A DNA stretch of 64,000 nt from contig JACMRM010000006.1 in the NCBI GenBank assembly GCA_014376445.1, forward strand, positions 5,634 to 69,633, given 5' to 3'. Positions 49,342 to 57,332 of this stretch are shown piece by piece. The notes under the pieces are model-generated. The model was not told the DNA's origin, ran no database searches, and saw only the letters and a list, made by a program, of their open reading frames with translations. How positions within the stretch are numbered: position 1 is the stretch's first letter; each line of letters opens with the position of its first letter. The translations under genes and the position numbers were made by a program. The stretch comes from Bacteriovorax sp. GTDB taxonomy: Bacteria; Bdellovibrionota; Bacteriovoracia; Bacteriovoracales; Bacteriovoracaceae.

Positions 49342-50564
49342 AAAGTCATTTGAATGTAGAAAAAATCAGAGAAGACTTCCCTCAGTTAAAAACTCAGGTG
49401 AACGATAAACCACTGGTCTATTTAGATAATGCAGCTACGACACTTAAGCCACAAGTTGTGATCGATGCGATGACAAAACATCTAAGCTTTGACGTGTCCA
49501 ATGTACACCGTGGGATTCACACTCTTTCAGAAATGGGAACGCGCCAGTTTGAAGAAACCAGAATCGCTGTTCAGAAATTAATCAATGCACGTCATGATTT
49601 TGAAGTGATTTACACCAAAGGTACTACAGACTCACTTAATTTGTTAGCCAACTCTTTTGGCGATAAATATCTTTCTGCCGGAGATGAAATTCTTCTTTCT
49701 GAAATGGAGCACCACTCGAACATTGTTCCATGGCAGATGATCGCAGAAAAAAAAGGTGCAAAAATCATTGTTCTTCCGATTGATGACAATGGAGAAATTT
49801 CACTTGAAGATTTTAAAAAATTTCTGTCAAATAAAACAAAAATCATATCAATCGTGCACACGTCAAATACACTCGGGACAACAAACCCGGTGAAGGAAAT
49901 GACAAAGCTTGCTCACGCTGCCGGCGCAAAAATTTGCATTGACGCTGCACAATCTATCGCTCATATGAAAGTTGATGTGCAGGATCTGGACTGTGATTTC
50001 ATGGTTTTTTCAGCTCACAAAATGTACGGGCCTAACGGTTTGGGATTTTTATACGGAAAAGAAGAATTATTAAATGAGATGCCTCCCTACCAGGGTGGTG
50101 GATCGATGATTTCAGAAGTTCGTTTTGAAAAAACGACTTATCACAATCTGCCGAATAAGTTTGAAGCTGGAACTCCTGCCATTGCAGAAGTCATCGCTTT
50201 CAAAGCAGCGATTGATTATGTTCAGAAAATAGGCCTGGACAATATTGCCCTCTACGAACATGAACTTTTAGAGTATGCGACGAGTGAGATAAAAAAAATC
50301 AGTGGAGTCCGTTTAATCGGCACTGCTAAAAATAAAGCAGGTGTACTCGCTTTCGTTATTGAAGGCGTTCACCCTCAGGACCTGGGCACTATCCTTGACA
50401 AACAAGGGGTAGCCATCAGAACAGGCCACCACTGCTGCCAGCCGCTGCACAGACGCTACGGTGTAACGGCAACAGCACGCGCGAGCTTTTCTTTTTACAA
50501 CACCGCTCATGATGTGGATGTTTTTATTGCGGCCATAAAAAAAGCAAAAGAATTTTTATTATAA
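49338..50564 (+). CDS. sufS: Cysteine desulfurase SufS
   Basis: YLDNAATT, NVHRG, EHHSN, DAAQ, SAHKMYGP, FEAGTP and RTGHHC (catalytic Cys) motifs. Confidence 0.95.
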   Translation: MKSHLNVEKIREDFPQLKTQVNDKPLVYLDNAATTLKPQVVIDAMTKHLSFDVSNVHRGIHTLSEMGTRQFEETRIAVQKLINARHDFEVIYTKGTTDSLNLLANSFGDKYLSAGDEILLSEMEHHSNIVPWQMIAEKKGAKIIVLPIDDNGEISLEDFKKFLSNKTKIISIVHTSNTLGTTNPVKEMTKLAHAAGAKICIDAAQSIAHMKVDVQDLDCDFMVFSAHKMYGPNGLGFLYGKEELLNEMPPYQGGGSMISEVRFEKTTYHNLPNKFEAGTPAIAEVIAFKAAIDYVQKIGLDNIALYEHELLEYATSEIKKISGVRLIGTAKNKAGVLAFVIEGVHPQDLGTILDKQGVAIRTGHHCCQPLHRRYGVTATARASFSFYNTAHDVDVFIAAIKKAKEFLL

Positions 50565-50573
50565 GAGGTTCAT

Positions 50574-51155
50574 ATGAATGCGGAATATACCAACACAGAA
50601 ATTGATATTGATATCCAGCCAACACCAAATCCGAATGCACTTAAATTTATTTTAAATTATCCGGTAAAAAATGTAGGCAATTCTACATACAAGTCTCCAG
50701 GTGAGTGCGGGGAAAATAAGCTGGCACTTGAATTATTCAAAGTCAGAGGAATTGATCAGCTGCACTTTTTTGAAAACGTCATCGCTGTGACAAAATTTTC
50801 TTATGAAGACTGGAACAGTGTTGAAATCGGCATCACTAAAACACTTAAAGAATTTATGCCGACTCACAATCCGAACTATAATGATCCAAATCCTGAAGCA
50901 GACAGAAGAAAAAATCTTTCGCCGGAACTTCAGCAGATTGAAAGTATTTTAGATAAAACAATCAGACCAGGTCTTCAGGGTGATGGCGGTGATATTCAGG
51001 CGCTGACTTATCAGGAAAATATTTTAATGGTGAAGTATCAGGGCGCATGCGGGACTTGTCCCTCTTCAGCAACCGGAACTCTTGAGGCCATTAAAGCTAT
51101 TTTAAGAGATGAATTTAATCCTGAGATTGAAGTTTATATTGCACCTGAATTCTAG
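50574..51155 (+). CDS. Nfu/NifU-family Fe-S carrier (Nfu_N plus NifU_C domains)
   Basis: TPNPNALKF N-domain, IRPGLQGDGGD and GACGTCPSS motifs. Confidence 0.9.
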   Translation: MNAEYTNTEIDIDIQPTPNPNALKFILNYPVKNVGNSTYKSPGECGENKLALELFKVRGIDQLHFFENVIAVTKFSYEDWNSVEIGITKTLKEFMPTHNPNYNDPNPEADRRKNLSPELQQIESILDKTIRPGLQGDGGDIQALTYQENILMVKYQGACGTCPSSATGTLEAIKAILRDEFNPEIEVYIAPEF

Positions 51156-51191
51156 AGGCCAAAACCTAATCGCAATCATGAAATAAAAAGT

Positions 51192-51219
51192 TTGACACAT
51201 CAAACTTCAGGAATAGATT
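51192..51219 (+). promoter_or_regulatory. sigma70-type promoter
   Basis: TTGACA-N16-TAGATT upstream of an AGGAGG SD. Confidence 0.5.
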
Positions 51220-51236
51220 ACTAATAGGAGGATCTG

Positions 51237-51386
51237 ATGATCGTTCAAAATTGTAACCTCTTGTTAGTGATTATTTCAAAAATTGAGAATCTTATTGCCG
51301 AGCAAAAAGGTCAACATCCAAACTTAAATGATGAAGAAATCATCGAATTCTTAAAAATTAAATTTTCAATCGAAAATAGATCCTAA
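51237..51386 (+). CDS. Small 49-aa protein (not in ORF track)
   Basis: Read manually: MIVQNCNLLLVIISKIENLIAEQKGQHPNLNDEEIIEFLKIKFSIENRS*. Perfect AGGAGG SD. Confidence 0.6.
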   Translation: MIVQNCNLLLVIISKIENLIAEQKGQHPNLNDEEIIEFLKIKFSIENRS

Positions 51387-51457
51387 TTATTTTTTAGTCG
51401 TTTCCGAAGAAATATAAAAATAGTCTGTACCAAAAAAACTAACAGGAGAACATTTTT

Positions 51458-52099
51458 ATGTTAACAAAATGGAAAACGTCTTTATTGACTGTAGCAACTG
51501 TCCTTACTTTGGGGTTCGCAACTTCTTGCGGAAACAACTCAACATCAAATGTTCAAATTGCAGGAATAAAGGGGCCAAAGGTTTCTCTTCTTCAAGACAA
51601 CATGATGATCTCGTTGGTATTCGAAAATGTTCAACTAGACGGTGGTCTTCGTTACAACATTCCAAAGTACAAATATTCATTTCTTGAAATATCTCCAGAT
51701 CTTGAGTCAAACGGAACTCTAATGCAAGTTTCAGTTTCACTAAAAGATATCATTAATGGTGGTCTCGATAAACTTGATCCAGCAAAACTTCCTGGTGGAA
51801 GAAACCTTCCAGGTGTAACTTCAGGATCTCTACCAGCTGTAGCTTTCTCAATCGAAAAATTCCACAATATGTCTCTTTATTTAGGTAAAGACGTTTTTGG
51901 TATTTTCATTCCAGCTTCAATTGGTGTTGATGGAGCTATCGCTTCATTCAGATACTATATTGGTGAAAAACGTGCCGGAACAATCTCAGTTGTTGGTAAC
52001 GATGCTGCAGGTGAAAATGCTGGTGTTCTTCTTATGTTAGATATGAAAGGACAAGTTAAGTCTCAAATGATGAACGTATACAAAAAGTTTAACCAATAG
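51458..52099 (+). CDS. Lipoprotein of unknown function
   Basis: AGGAG SD, lipobox ATSC, beta-rich sequence. Confidence 0.85.
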   Translation: MLTKWKTSLLTVATVLTLGFATSCGNNSTSNVQIAGIKGPKVSLLQDNMMISLVFENVQLDGGLRYNIPKYKYSFLEISPDLESNGTLMQVSVSLKDIINGGLDKLDPAKLPGGRNLPGVTSGSLPAVAFSIEKFHNMSLYLGKDVFGIFIPASIGVDGAIASFRYYIGEKRAGTISVVGNDAAGENAGVLLMLDMKGQVKSQMMNVYKKFNQ

Positions 52100-52113
52100 T
52101 TATAATTGTGATT

Positions 52114-53013
52114 CTAGTGACTGCGAGGTATTTTTACCTTCGCAGTCACTTCTCTTCCCAATACAGGCACCAGAACGACAGATATAATAATTAGACCCGC
52201 TCCAAAAAAATTCATTTTATTCAGCAGCTCACCAAAAATCATAAATCCAAAAAAAGCTGCGAACGGCGATTCAGTTAAAAAGATAAGTCCGGCGATATGA
52301 TCCGGTATTTGTTTCTGGGCAATGATTTGTGCAGTAAAGGAAATCATGCTGGAAATAATTCCCAGATAAAGAAGACCCATCAAAACATTGTTGGCAGGAT
52401 TAAAGACCACAGAGAGAGCTACCGGGCCTCTAAAAATAAAAGCTATAGGGATAGACAAGGCCGCCGTAAAAAAGTTCTGTAGAAAATTAAATTCAACCGG
52501 AGACTTGATGTGATTGGCCACTCTCCCTACGTAGATAATATGTACGGCCGCAAAAACCGAGCAGATAAAAGTGAGGAAATCACCGAGGTTCATATCCTTG
52601 ACTTCGAGGTTGCACATGAGTGCCATACCGACCATTGCCAGCAAAATCAGTAGCCAGAATGTCGGTTTGTATTTTTTCTTAAATACAATCATTGTAATAA
52701 TGGGAATAATTAGAGCATAGAGAGTCGTGATGAATCCGCTTTTCGCCACTGTAGTCATCGTAAGGCCGATCGTCTGAAAAAGCATAATTCCCAAAAGAAA
52801 TACCGAGCTGATAAAAGATTTTTTCAGAATATTATCAGGTCTCGTAAAAGATTTTTTATAAATAAGAAAAGGCAGTGAGCAGATCGCTGCAATTGCAAAA
52901 CGAAGTCCATTAACCCAAAACGGATCAAGACCTACAAGTGACCACCTTGTCGCAATAAATCCAAAACCCCAGATTGAAGTTGAAAAAAGCAGCAGGAGAA
53001 TATTAATGAGCAT
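52114..53013 (-). CDS. DMT/EamA-family transporter
   Basis: About 10 TM helices. IWGFGF, LRF, SGFITTLY, GDFLT, ESPFAA..G...GE motifs. Confidence 0.92.
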   Translation of the reverse strand: MLINILLLLFSTSIWGFGFIATRWSLVGLDPFWVNGLRFAIAAICSLPFLIYKKSFTRPDNILKKSFISSVFLLGIMLFQTIGLTMTTVAKSGFITTLYALIIPIITMIVFKKKYKPTFWLLILLAMVGMALMCNLEVKDMNLGDFLTFICSVFAAVHIIYVGRVANHIKSPVEFNFLQNFFTAALSIPIAFIFRGPVALSVVFNPANNVLMGLLYLGIISSMISFTAQIIAQKQIPDHIAGLIFLTESPFAAFFGFMIFGELLNKMNFFGAGLIIISVVLVPVLGREVTAKVKIPRSH

Positions 53014-53913
53014 CTAATTCCACTCGCGGGGAAAATAGTATTCCATCATTTTTTCGTGGACTGATCCGGTCTTCGGTTTGTACTTGTATGAAAATTTTGC
53101 ACGTGCAGGAAGTGAAATAAGAATAGAGTCTGTTCTTCCATTTGTTCTTAAACCAAACATCGTTCCTCGGTCATGAAGCAGATTGAACTCGACATAACGG
53201 CCGTGGCGATGAAGCTGAAAATCTTCATCTTCAGAGTCATATTTTTCATCTTTTCTTTTTTCGACCAATGGAAAATAAGAGGGAATAAAATACGATGAAA
53301 TGTTTTTTATCATCGCAATATCATTTTCCAGATCCTGTGTATTGAAGTGATCAAAGAAAAATCCCCCGATCCCGCGCATCTCATTATTCCTGTGAGTGTT
53401 CATGAAATACTGGTCGCATTCTTTTTTCATTTTTTCGTAGCACCCATAAGGAGTAAGTGCATTTTTCCATGTTGAATGGAAATACCTGAAATCTTCTTCA
53501 TGCGGATAATAAGGAGTCAGATCTGCTCCGCCGCCAAACCAGAATTTTTCCCCAGCGTGAATCATTCTAAAATTTGCATGTATTGTAGGTACTCTTGGAT
53601 TTTTTGGATGAATGATCAGTGAAATACCTGCGGCCCACATTTCATCGCCGGTGCCACCGAGTTTCCCTGCAAATGCAGGATCAATCGCTCCGAATACAAG
53701 TGAAGTATTGACGCCGGCATTTTCAATTACATCACCTGTAAAAGCACGCGTGATTCCCCCGCCCCCCGGGTTTCCTTTGTGATCTTTACGCTCCCAAAGA
53801 TCTTCTTCAAGACTAAGTTTTGCATCTGCTTTAAAAAGTTCAGCAGTGATTTCATTCTGCAGTGATTTTACATATTGGTGAAATTGATTTTTTTTTGCTT
53901 CCAAATCAGTCAT
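53014..53913 (-). CDS. hemF: Oxygen-dependent coproporphyrinogen III oxidase
   Basis: GGGG, E.AGVN.S, HPKNP.VPT.H.N.R, WFGGGADLTP, RGIGGFFFD and GRYVEFNL..DRGT.FGL motifs. Start taken at ATG 53913. Confidence 0.96.
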   Translation of the reverse strand: MTDLEAKKNQFHQYVKSLQNEITAELFKADAKLSLEEDLWERKDHKGNPGGGGITRAFTGDVIENAGVNTSLVFGAIDPAFAGKLGGTGDEMWAAGISLIIHPKNPRVPTIHANFRMIHAGEKFWFGGGADLTPYYPHEEDFRYFHSTWKNALTPYGCYEKMKKECDQYFMNTHRNNEMRGIGGFFFDHFNTQDLENDIAMIKNISSYFIPSYFPLVEKRKDEKYDSEDEDFQLHRHGRYVEFNLLHDRGTMFGLRTNGRTDSILISLPARAKFSYKYKPKTGSVHEKMMEYYFPREWN

Positions 53914-54190
53914 TGTATTTCCGGGAGTATTTTTAATTGGATAATTGGTATCACAAGGACCTTTAAAAGTCCTGGAATAGCTGAAGACCACTTGTAAGGC
54001 AGTGGACTAAAATGTTCACTTAATTAGAGGATATTGGACCTTTAATCCAATTTTTTCTGCCATTTTTGGAGGGCCTTTATTCTGGGTCTTCACAATTCCA
54101 GCCATTTGCCACTCAATAAAAGTTCTCTAAAGAAGTGCTCTATAATTAACGATGAGATGATTGATAAGCGCTTTAAAATAAGGGATTTTT

Positions 54191-55627
54191 ATGAAATCAA
54201 AAAATGCACTCTTCACTGTCATCATGACGACTCTTTTCGTATCCACAAATGTTTTTGCGGTTGAGAATGTTGCGAAAGTCGTGATCATGAGAGGACAAGT
54301 TAAAGCAAAATTTTCTGATGGATCAGTTGTCGATGTCAAGGCCGATCAGTCGCTTCCTGAAGGCGCTACTTTGCAGACAGCTGATAAAAGTTTTGTGAAG
54401 TTGCTTTTCATAGATAAATCTCAAATGAATCTCGGGCCAAATTCACAGATGATCATTAATGCATTTCCAAAAAAAGAGGCAGGGATTATCACTCTTGTAA
54501 AAGGGCAGATCAGATCTCAGGTTACAAAAGACTACATGGAAATGGATGACAAAAATAAAAGTAAGCTTTATATCAAAACTAAAACAGCAGCGATGGGTAT
54601 TCGTGGAACTGACTTTCAGGTTAACTACAATCCGGAAAATCAGAATACGGCCCTTATTACTTTTGAAGGTAAAGTCGCGATGGCCCATATTGGAAAAGAA
54701 ACAAGAGAAGAAAAATTCGACCAGACTATACTTGAAAAAGTTGTCTCTAGTGATAAAGCAGTTATGGTAACTCAAGGGCAAATCTCTGCTGTTAACTTAA
54801 ACGTTGCAGAACGTGCCATGGTTCCGACAAAGCTGGGAACAAAACAAATTGAAGCACTGGAAGGGAATGAGACAGGATTAAAAACTGCTTCAGCTGAAGA
54901 AAGTACAAAACAATTCAGAAATCCGCTTCCACCGGGTGCAGACGGTGCGGCCTTCTCGAATACATCTACAGCGATGGATAAAGAAATTTCTAAAATGGGT
55001 GTCGATGTAAAAGCGTCGCAGCCTCAGATAACGGCCACAGACAAAACGACTACTGCAAATCCTGAAGGATTCTTCAACGTGAAGACCGGTGAATATAAAT
55101 TACCGGCAGGAAGTATTGTCGATTTAGCGACAGTTAATATCATCCCTCCTCCAACGAACGCTGTTTTTGATAAAAACTCAGGTACATTTACTGTTCCTGA
55201 ATCTTTCGGAAAAATTGACAAGGCCACTGGGGCATACAAAGCACCGGCAGGTCTGTCACTTGGAAACGATGGTCAGTTTAAAATGGTAGACCCGGCGGCA
55301 TACCAAAAAGCTCAGGCACCGGTTGAAGATAAAAAAAGCGATGACCGTACTCCAGCAAGTGCAGCTCCAGTGACATCTGCGGTGGTAGCACCACCAAATA
55401 TGTTTGCCGGAAGACCAGAGATGGCCAATTTTGTGGCAACCAACGCAGTTGTTGTACCGGCAGCAGCGACAGCATTACTTCAGCAGGCCGCTTCACCAAC
55501 GAACGCCCTTCAGGCCGTCGCTGATGAACAAAAGAAAAAAACTGAAATACTCAGACAGACGACTAGTGAAGCAGCAGCTACAAGCAGTGCTACTAGTAAA
55601 GTAAAATTTATTTTTGATGCACAGTAA
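54191..55627 (+). CDS. Secreted FecR-domain protein with repeat region and Ala-rich tail
   Basis: Signal peptide. FecR motifs 'L.TADKSFVKLLF.DKS.MNLGPNS', 'LVKGQIR', 'TKTAAMGIRGTDF.V' and 'FEGKV'. Confidence 0.88.
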   Translation: MKSKNALFTVIMTTLFVSTNVFAVENVAKVVIMRGQVKAKFSDGSVVDVKADQSLPEGATLQTADKSFVKLLFIDKSQMNLGPNSQMIINAFPKKEAGIITLVKGQIRSQVTKDYMEMDDKNKSKLYIKTKTAAMGIRGTDFQVNYNPENQNTALITFEGKVAMAHIGKETREEKFDQTILEKVVSSDKAVMVTQGQISAVNLNVAERAMVPTKLGTKQIEALEGNETGLKTASAEESTKQFRNPLPPGADGAAFSNTSTAMDKEISKMGVDVKASQPQITATDKTTTANPEGFFNVKTGEYKLPAGSIVDLATVNIIPPPTNAVFDKNSGTFTVPESFGKIDKATGAYKAPAGLSLGNDGQFKMVDPAAYQKAQAPVEDKKSDDRTPASAAPVTSAVVAPPNMFAGRPEMANFVATNAVVVPAAATALLQQAASPTNALQAVADEQKKKTEILRQTTSEAAATSSATSKVKFIFDAQ

Positions 55628-55662
55628 ATAAAATCAATTATAATAATCGAGAACATAAAATT

Positions 55663-55692
55663 AAAAAGCACCTCTCAGAAGGTGCTTTTTTT
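55663..55692 (+). terminator. Rho-independent terminator between the FecR-domain gene and the TPR gene
   Basis: AAAAAGCACCT-6nt-AGGTGCTTTTTTT. Confidence 0.8.
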
Positions 55693-55709
55693 GTTATAGG
55701 ACGTAACAA

Positions 55710-57305
55710 ATGATTCTCAATCGAGTTAGATTAAAAATCGCTGTGCCTGCTGCCATTGTATTGTTGAGCACTGCTGTTAATGCGAATTCACTCGAAGAAT
55801 TTTATAAACATTATAAGAGTGGACATTACCCTCAAGCGCTTGAAGCACTCGATAAATTAAGTGTTGAAGAAAACACTCTTTCATCAAAGGATTATCTTTC
55901 AGGTCTTAGTTATTCAAAAATGCAGGAATACGACAAAGCGGCAGTGCATTTTGCCAAGGCGATTGAATTAAAAAATGACAGCATAGATCTATACTACGAA
56001 TACGGGCAGGCCTTATATGCTGCCAATGAATTAAGGAAGGCCCGTGAAGCTTTTAAAACTTCCGCAGGAAAAAAATTCAATGAAACAGCGTCTCTTTACT
56101 ACGTAGCTCATATTTCGCAAATTCTTGAAGAGTACGATACGGCAAAAGATTATTACATGATGGTCTTGAAAGATAAGTCTGCTGACTCAAAAATGAAGCA
56201 GATCGCGACTTTTCAGGTTGCAGAAACACTTTTATCAATCGCCAGAGAAAAATCAAAAGAAAAGGAAGACATCAACAGAAGAGTGGAGAAATTCGTTCTT
56301 CCGATGATGCAGAAAAGTTATGAGATGGACAAGAGCACTCCTCTGGCCAATGATGTTGGCCAGAGAATTTTTGAACTTAAAAAAGAATTTAATCTTGACC
56401 CGGATGTTCTTGCCAATGGCAGAAGAGTTTCTCCAAAACACTATTCTGGTTATGTCAGTCAGAAAATTAAATTTGATGACAACATTTCTTTAACAAATGA
56501 AGAAAACAATATCCAGCAGTCAAAAAAAGAATCTTATATCTTTGAAACAGAAGCTTATGCAAAATATGACTTCATTGTAAAAAAGAAATTTATTATTTCA
56601 CCGGAAGCACGCTTCACATTTACAGAACACGGTGACAGATCCAGTCCTGAAGTATATCAAAACGACGCTTTTGTCATGAATTTTGACCTGAAAAACAAGT
56701 ATGAGCATACTTATAAAGACAAACCTGCAAGCATGATTTTTGATATCGACCACTCACGTACATCTAAAGACTGGCATACAAGGAAAAAGATAGAGCACTA
56801 TGCCTCTTCAACAACTTTCACTTTTGGAGAAAGCTTAAGCTACTTTGAGGTCGGTGATACGACATTTAAGATAAAAAGAAAAAATTATGCTGGAGAAAAC
56901 GAGGCCATTAACAACCACACAACATCGCTGAGTGGTGACCAGACTTTTTTCCTTCCTATTCAGCACCTTCTGATTGCACTTTTTGATGCCAGCTTTATCG
57001 ACAACTATAACAACTCAACGACCAATACTAATACTTACCTCTTCCGTCTGGACTATATTATTCCTGAAATTGCTCCAACCTATACTTTAGGATTTGGTCT
57101 TGCCTATACTCTTACTGACACTCTAAAACAGAAAGCCACCAGAGGAACTGAAAAAAGCTTCAACCCTTCAATTGACCTGTCAAAAGAGCTGAGCTCAAAC
57201 AGCAAGATCAGTATCAACTACGACTACACTAAAACAACATCGCTCGATACAAGTTATGCCTATAATAAAAATATTTTTACAGCAGAATATCGTTTTAGTT
57301 TTTAA
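55710..57305 (+). CDS. TPR-repeat protein with C-terminal outer-membrane beta-barrel
   Basis: Signal peptide, N-terminal TPR helices, 'FDDNI' barrel start, amphipathic strands, terminal 'AEYRFSF' beta-signal. Confidence 0.8.
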   Translation: MILNRVRLKIAVPAAIVLLSTAVNANSLEEFYKHYKSGHYPQALEALDKLSVEENTLSSKDYLSGLSYSKMQEYDKAAVHFAKAIELKNDSIDLYYEYGQALYAANELRKAREAFKTSAGKKFNETASLYYVAHISQILEEYDTAKDYYMMVLKDKSADSKMKQIATFQVAETLLSIAREKSKEKEDINRRVEKFVLPMMQKSYEMDKSTPLANDVGQRIFELKKEFNLDPDVLANGRRVSPKHYSGYVSQKIKFDDNISLTNEENNIQQSKKESYIFETEAYAKYDFIVKKKFIISPEARFTFTEHGDRSSPEVYQNDAFVMNFDLKNKYEHTYKDKPASMIFDIDHSRTSKDWHTRKKIEHYASSTTFTFGESLSYFEVGDTTFKIKRKNYAGENEAINNHTTSLSGDQTFFLPIQHLLIALFDASFIDNYNNSTTNTNTYLFRLDYIIPEIAPTYTLGFGLAYTLTDTLKQKATRGTEKSFNPSIDLSKELSSNSKISINYDYTKTTSLDTSYAYNKNIFTAEYRFSF

Positions 57306-57332
57306 TACATAATGTGAGTGGAGACTTAGTCT

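Noticed and set aside
54191-55627. Classical FecIRA iron-uptake signalling
   Set aside because: No ECF sigma or TonB-dependent receptor is adjacent, and the protein has a cleavable signal peptide, not a cytoplasmic anti-sigma domain.
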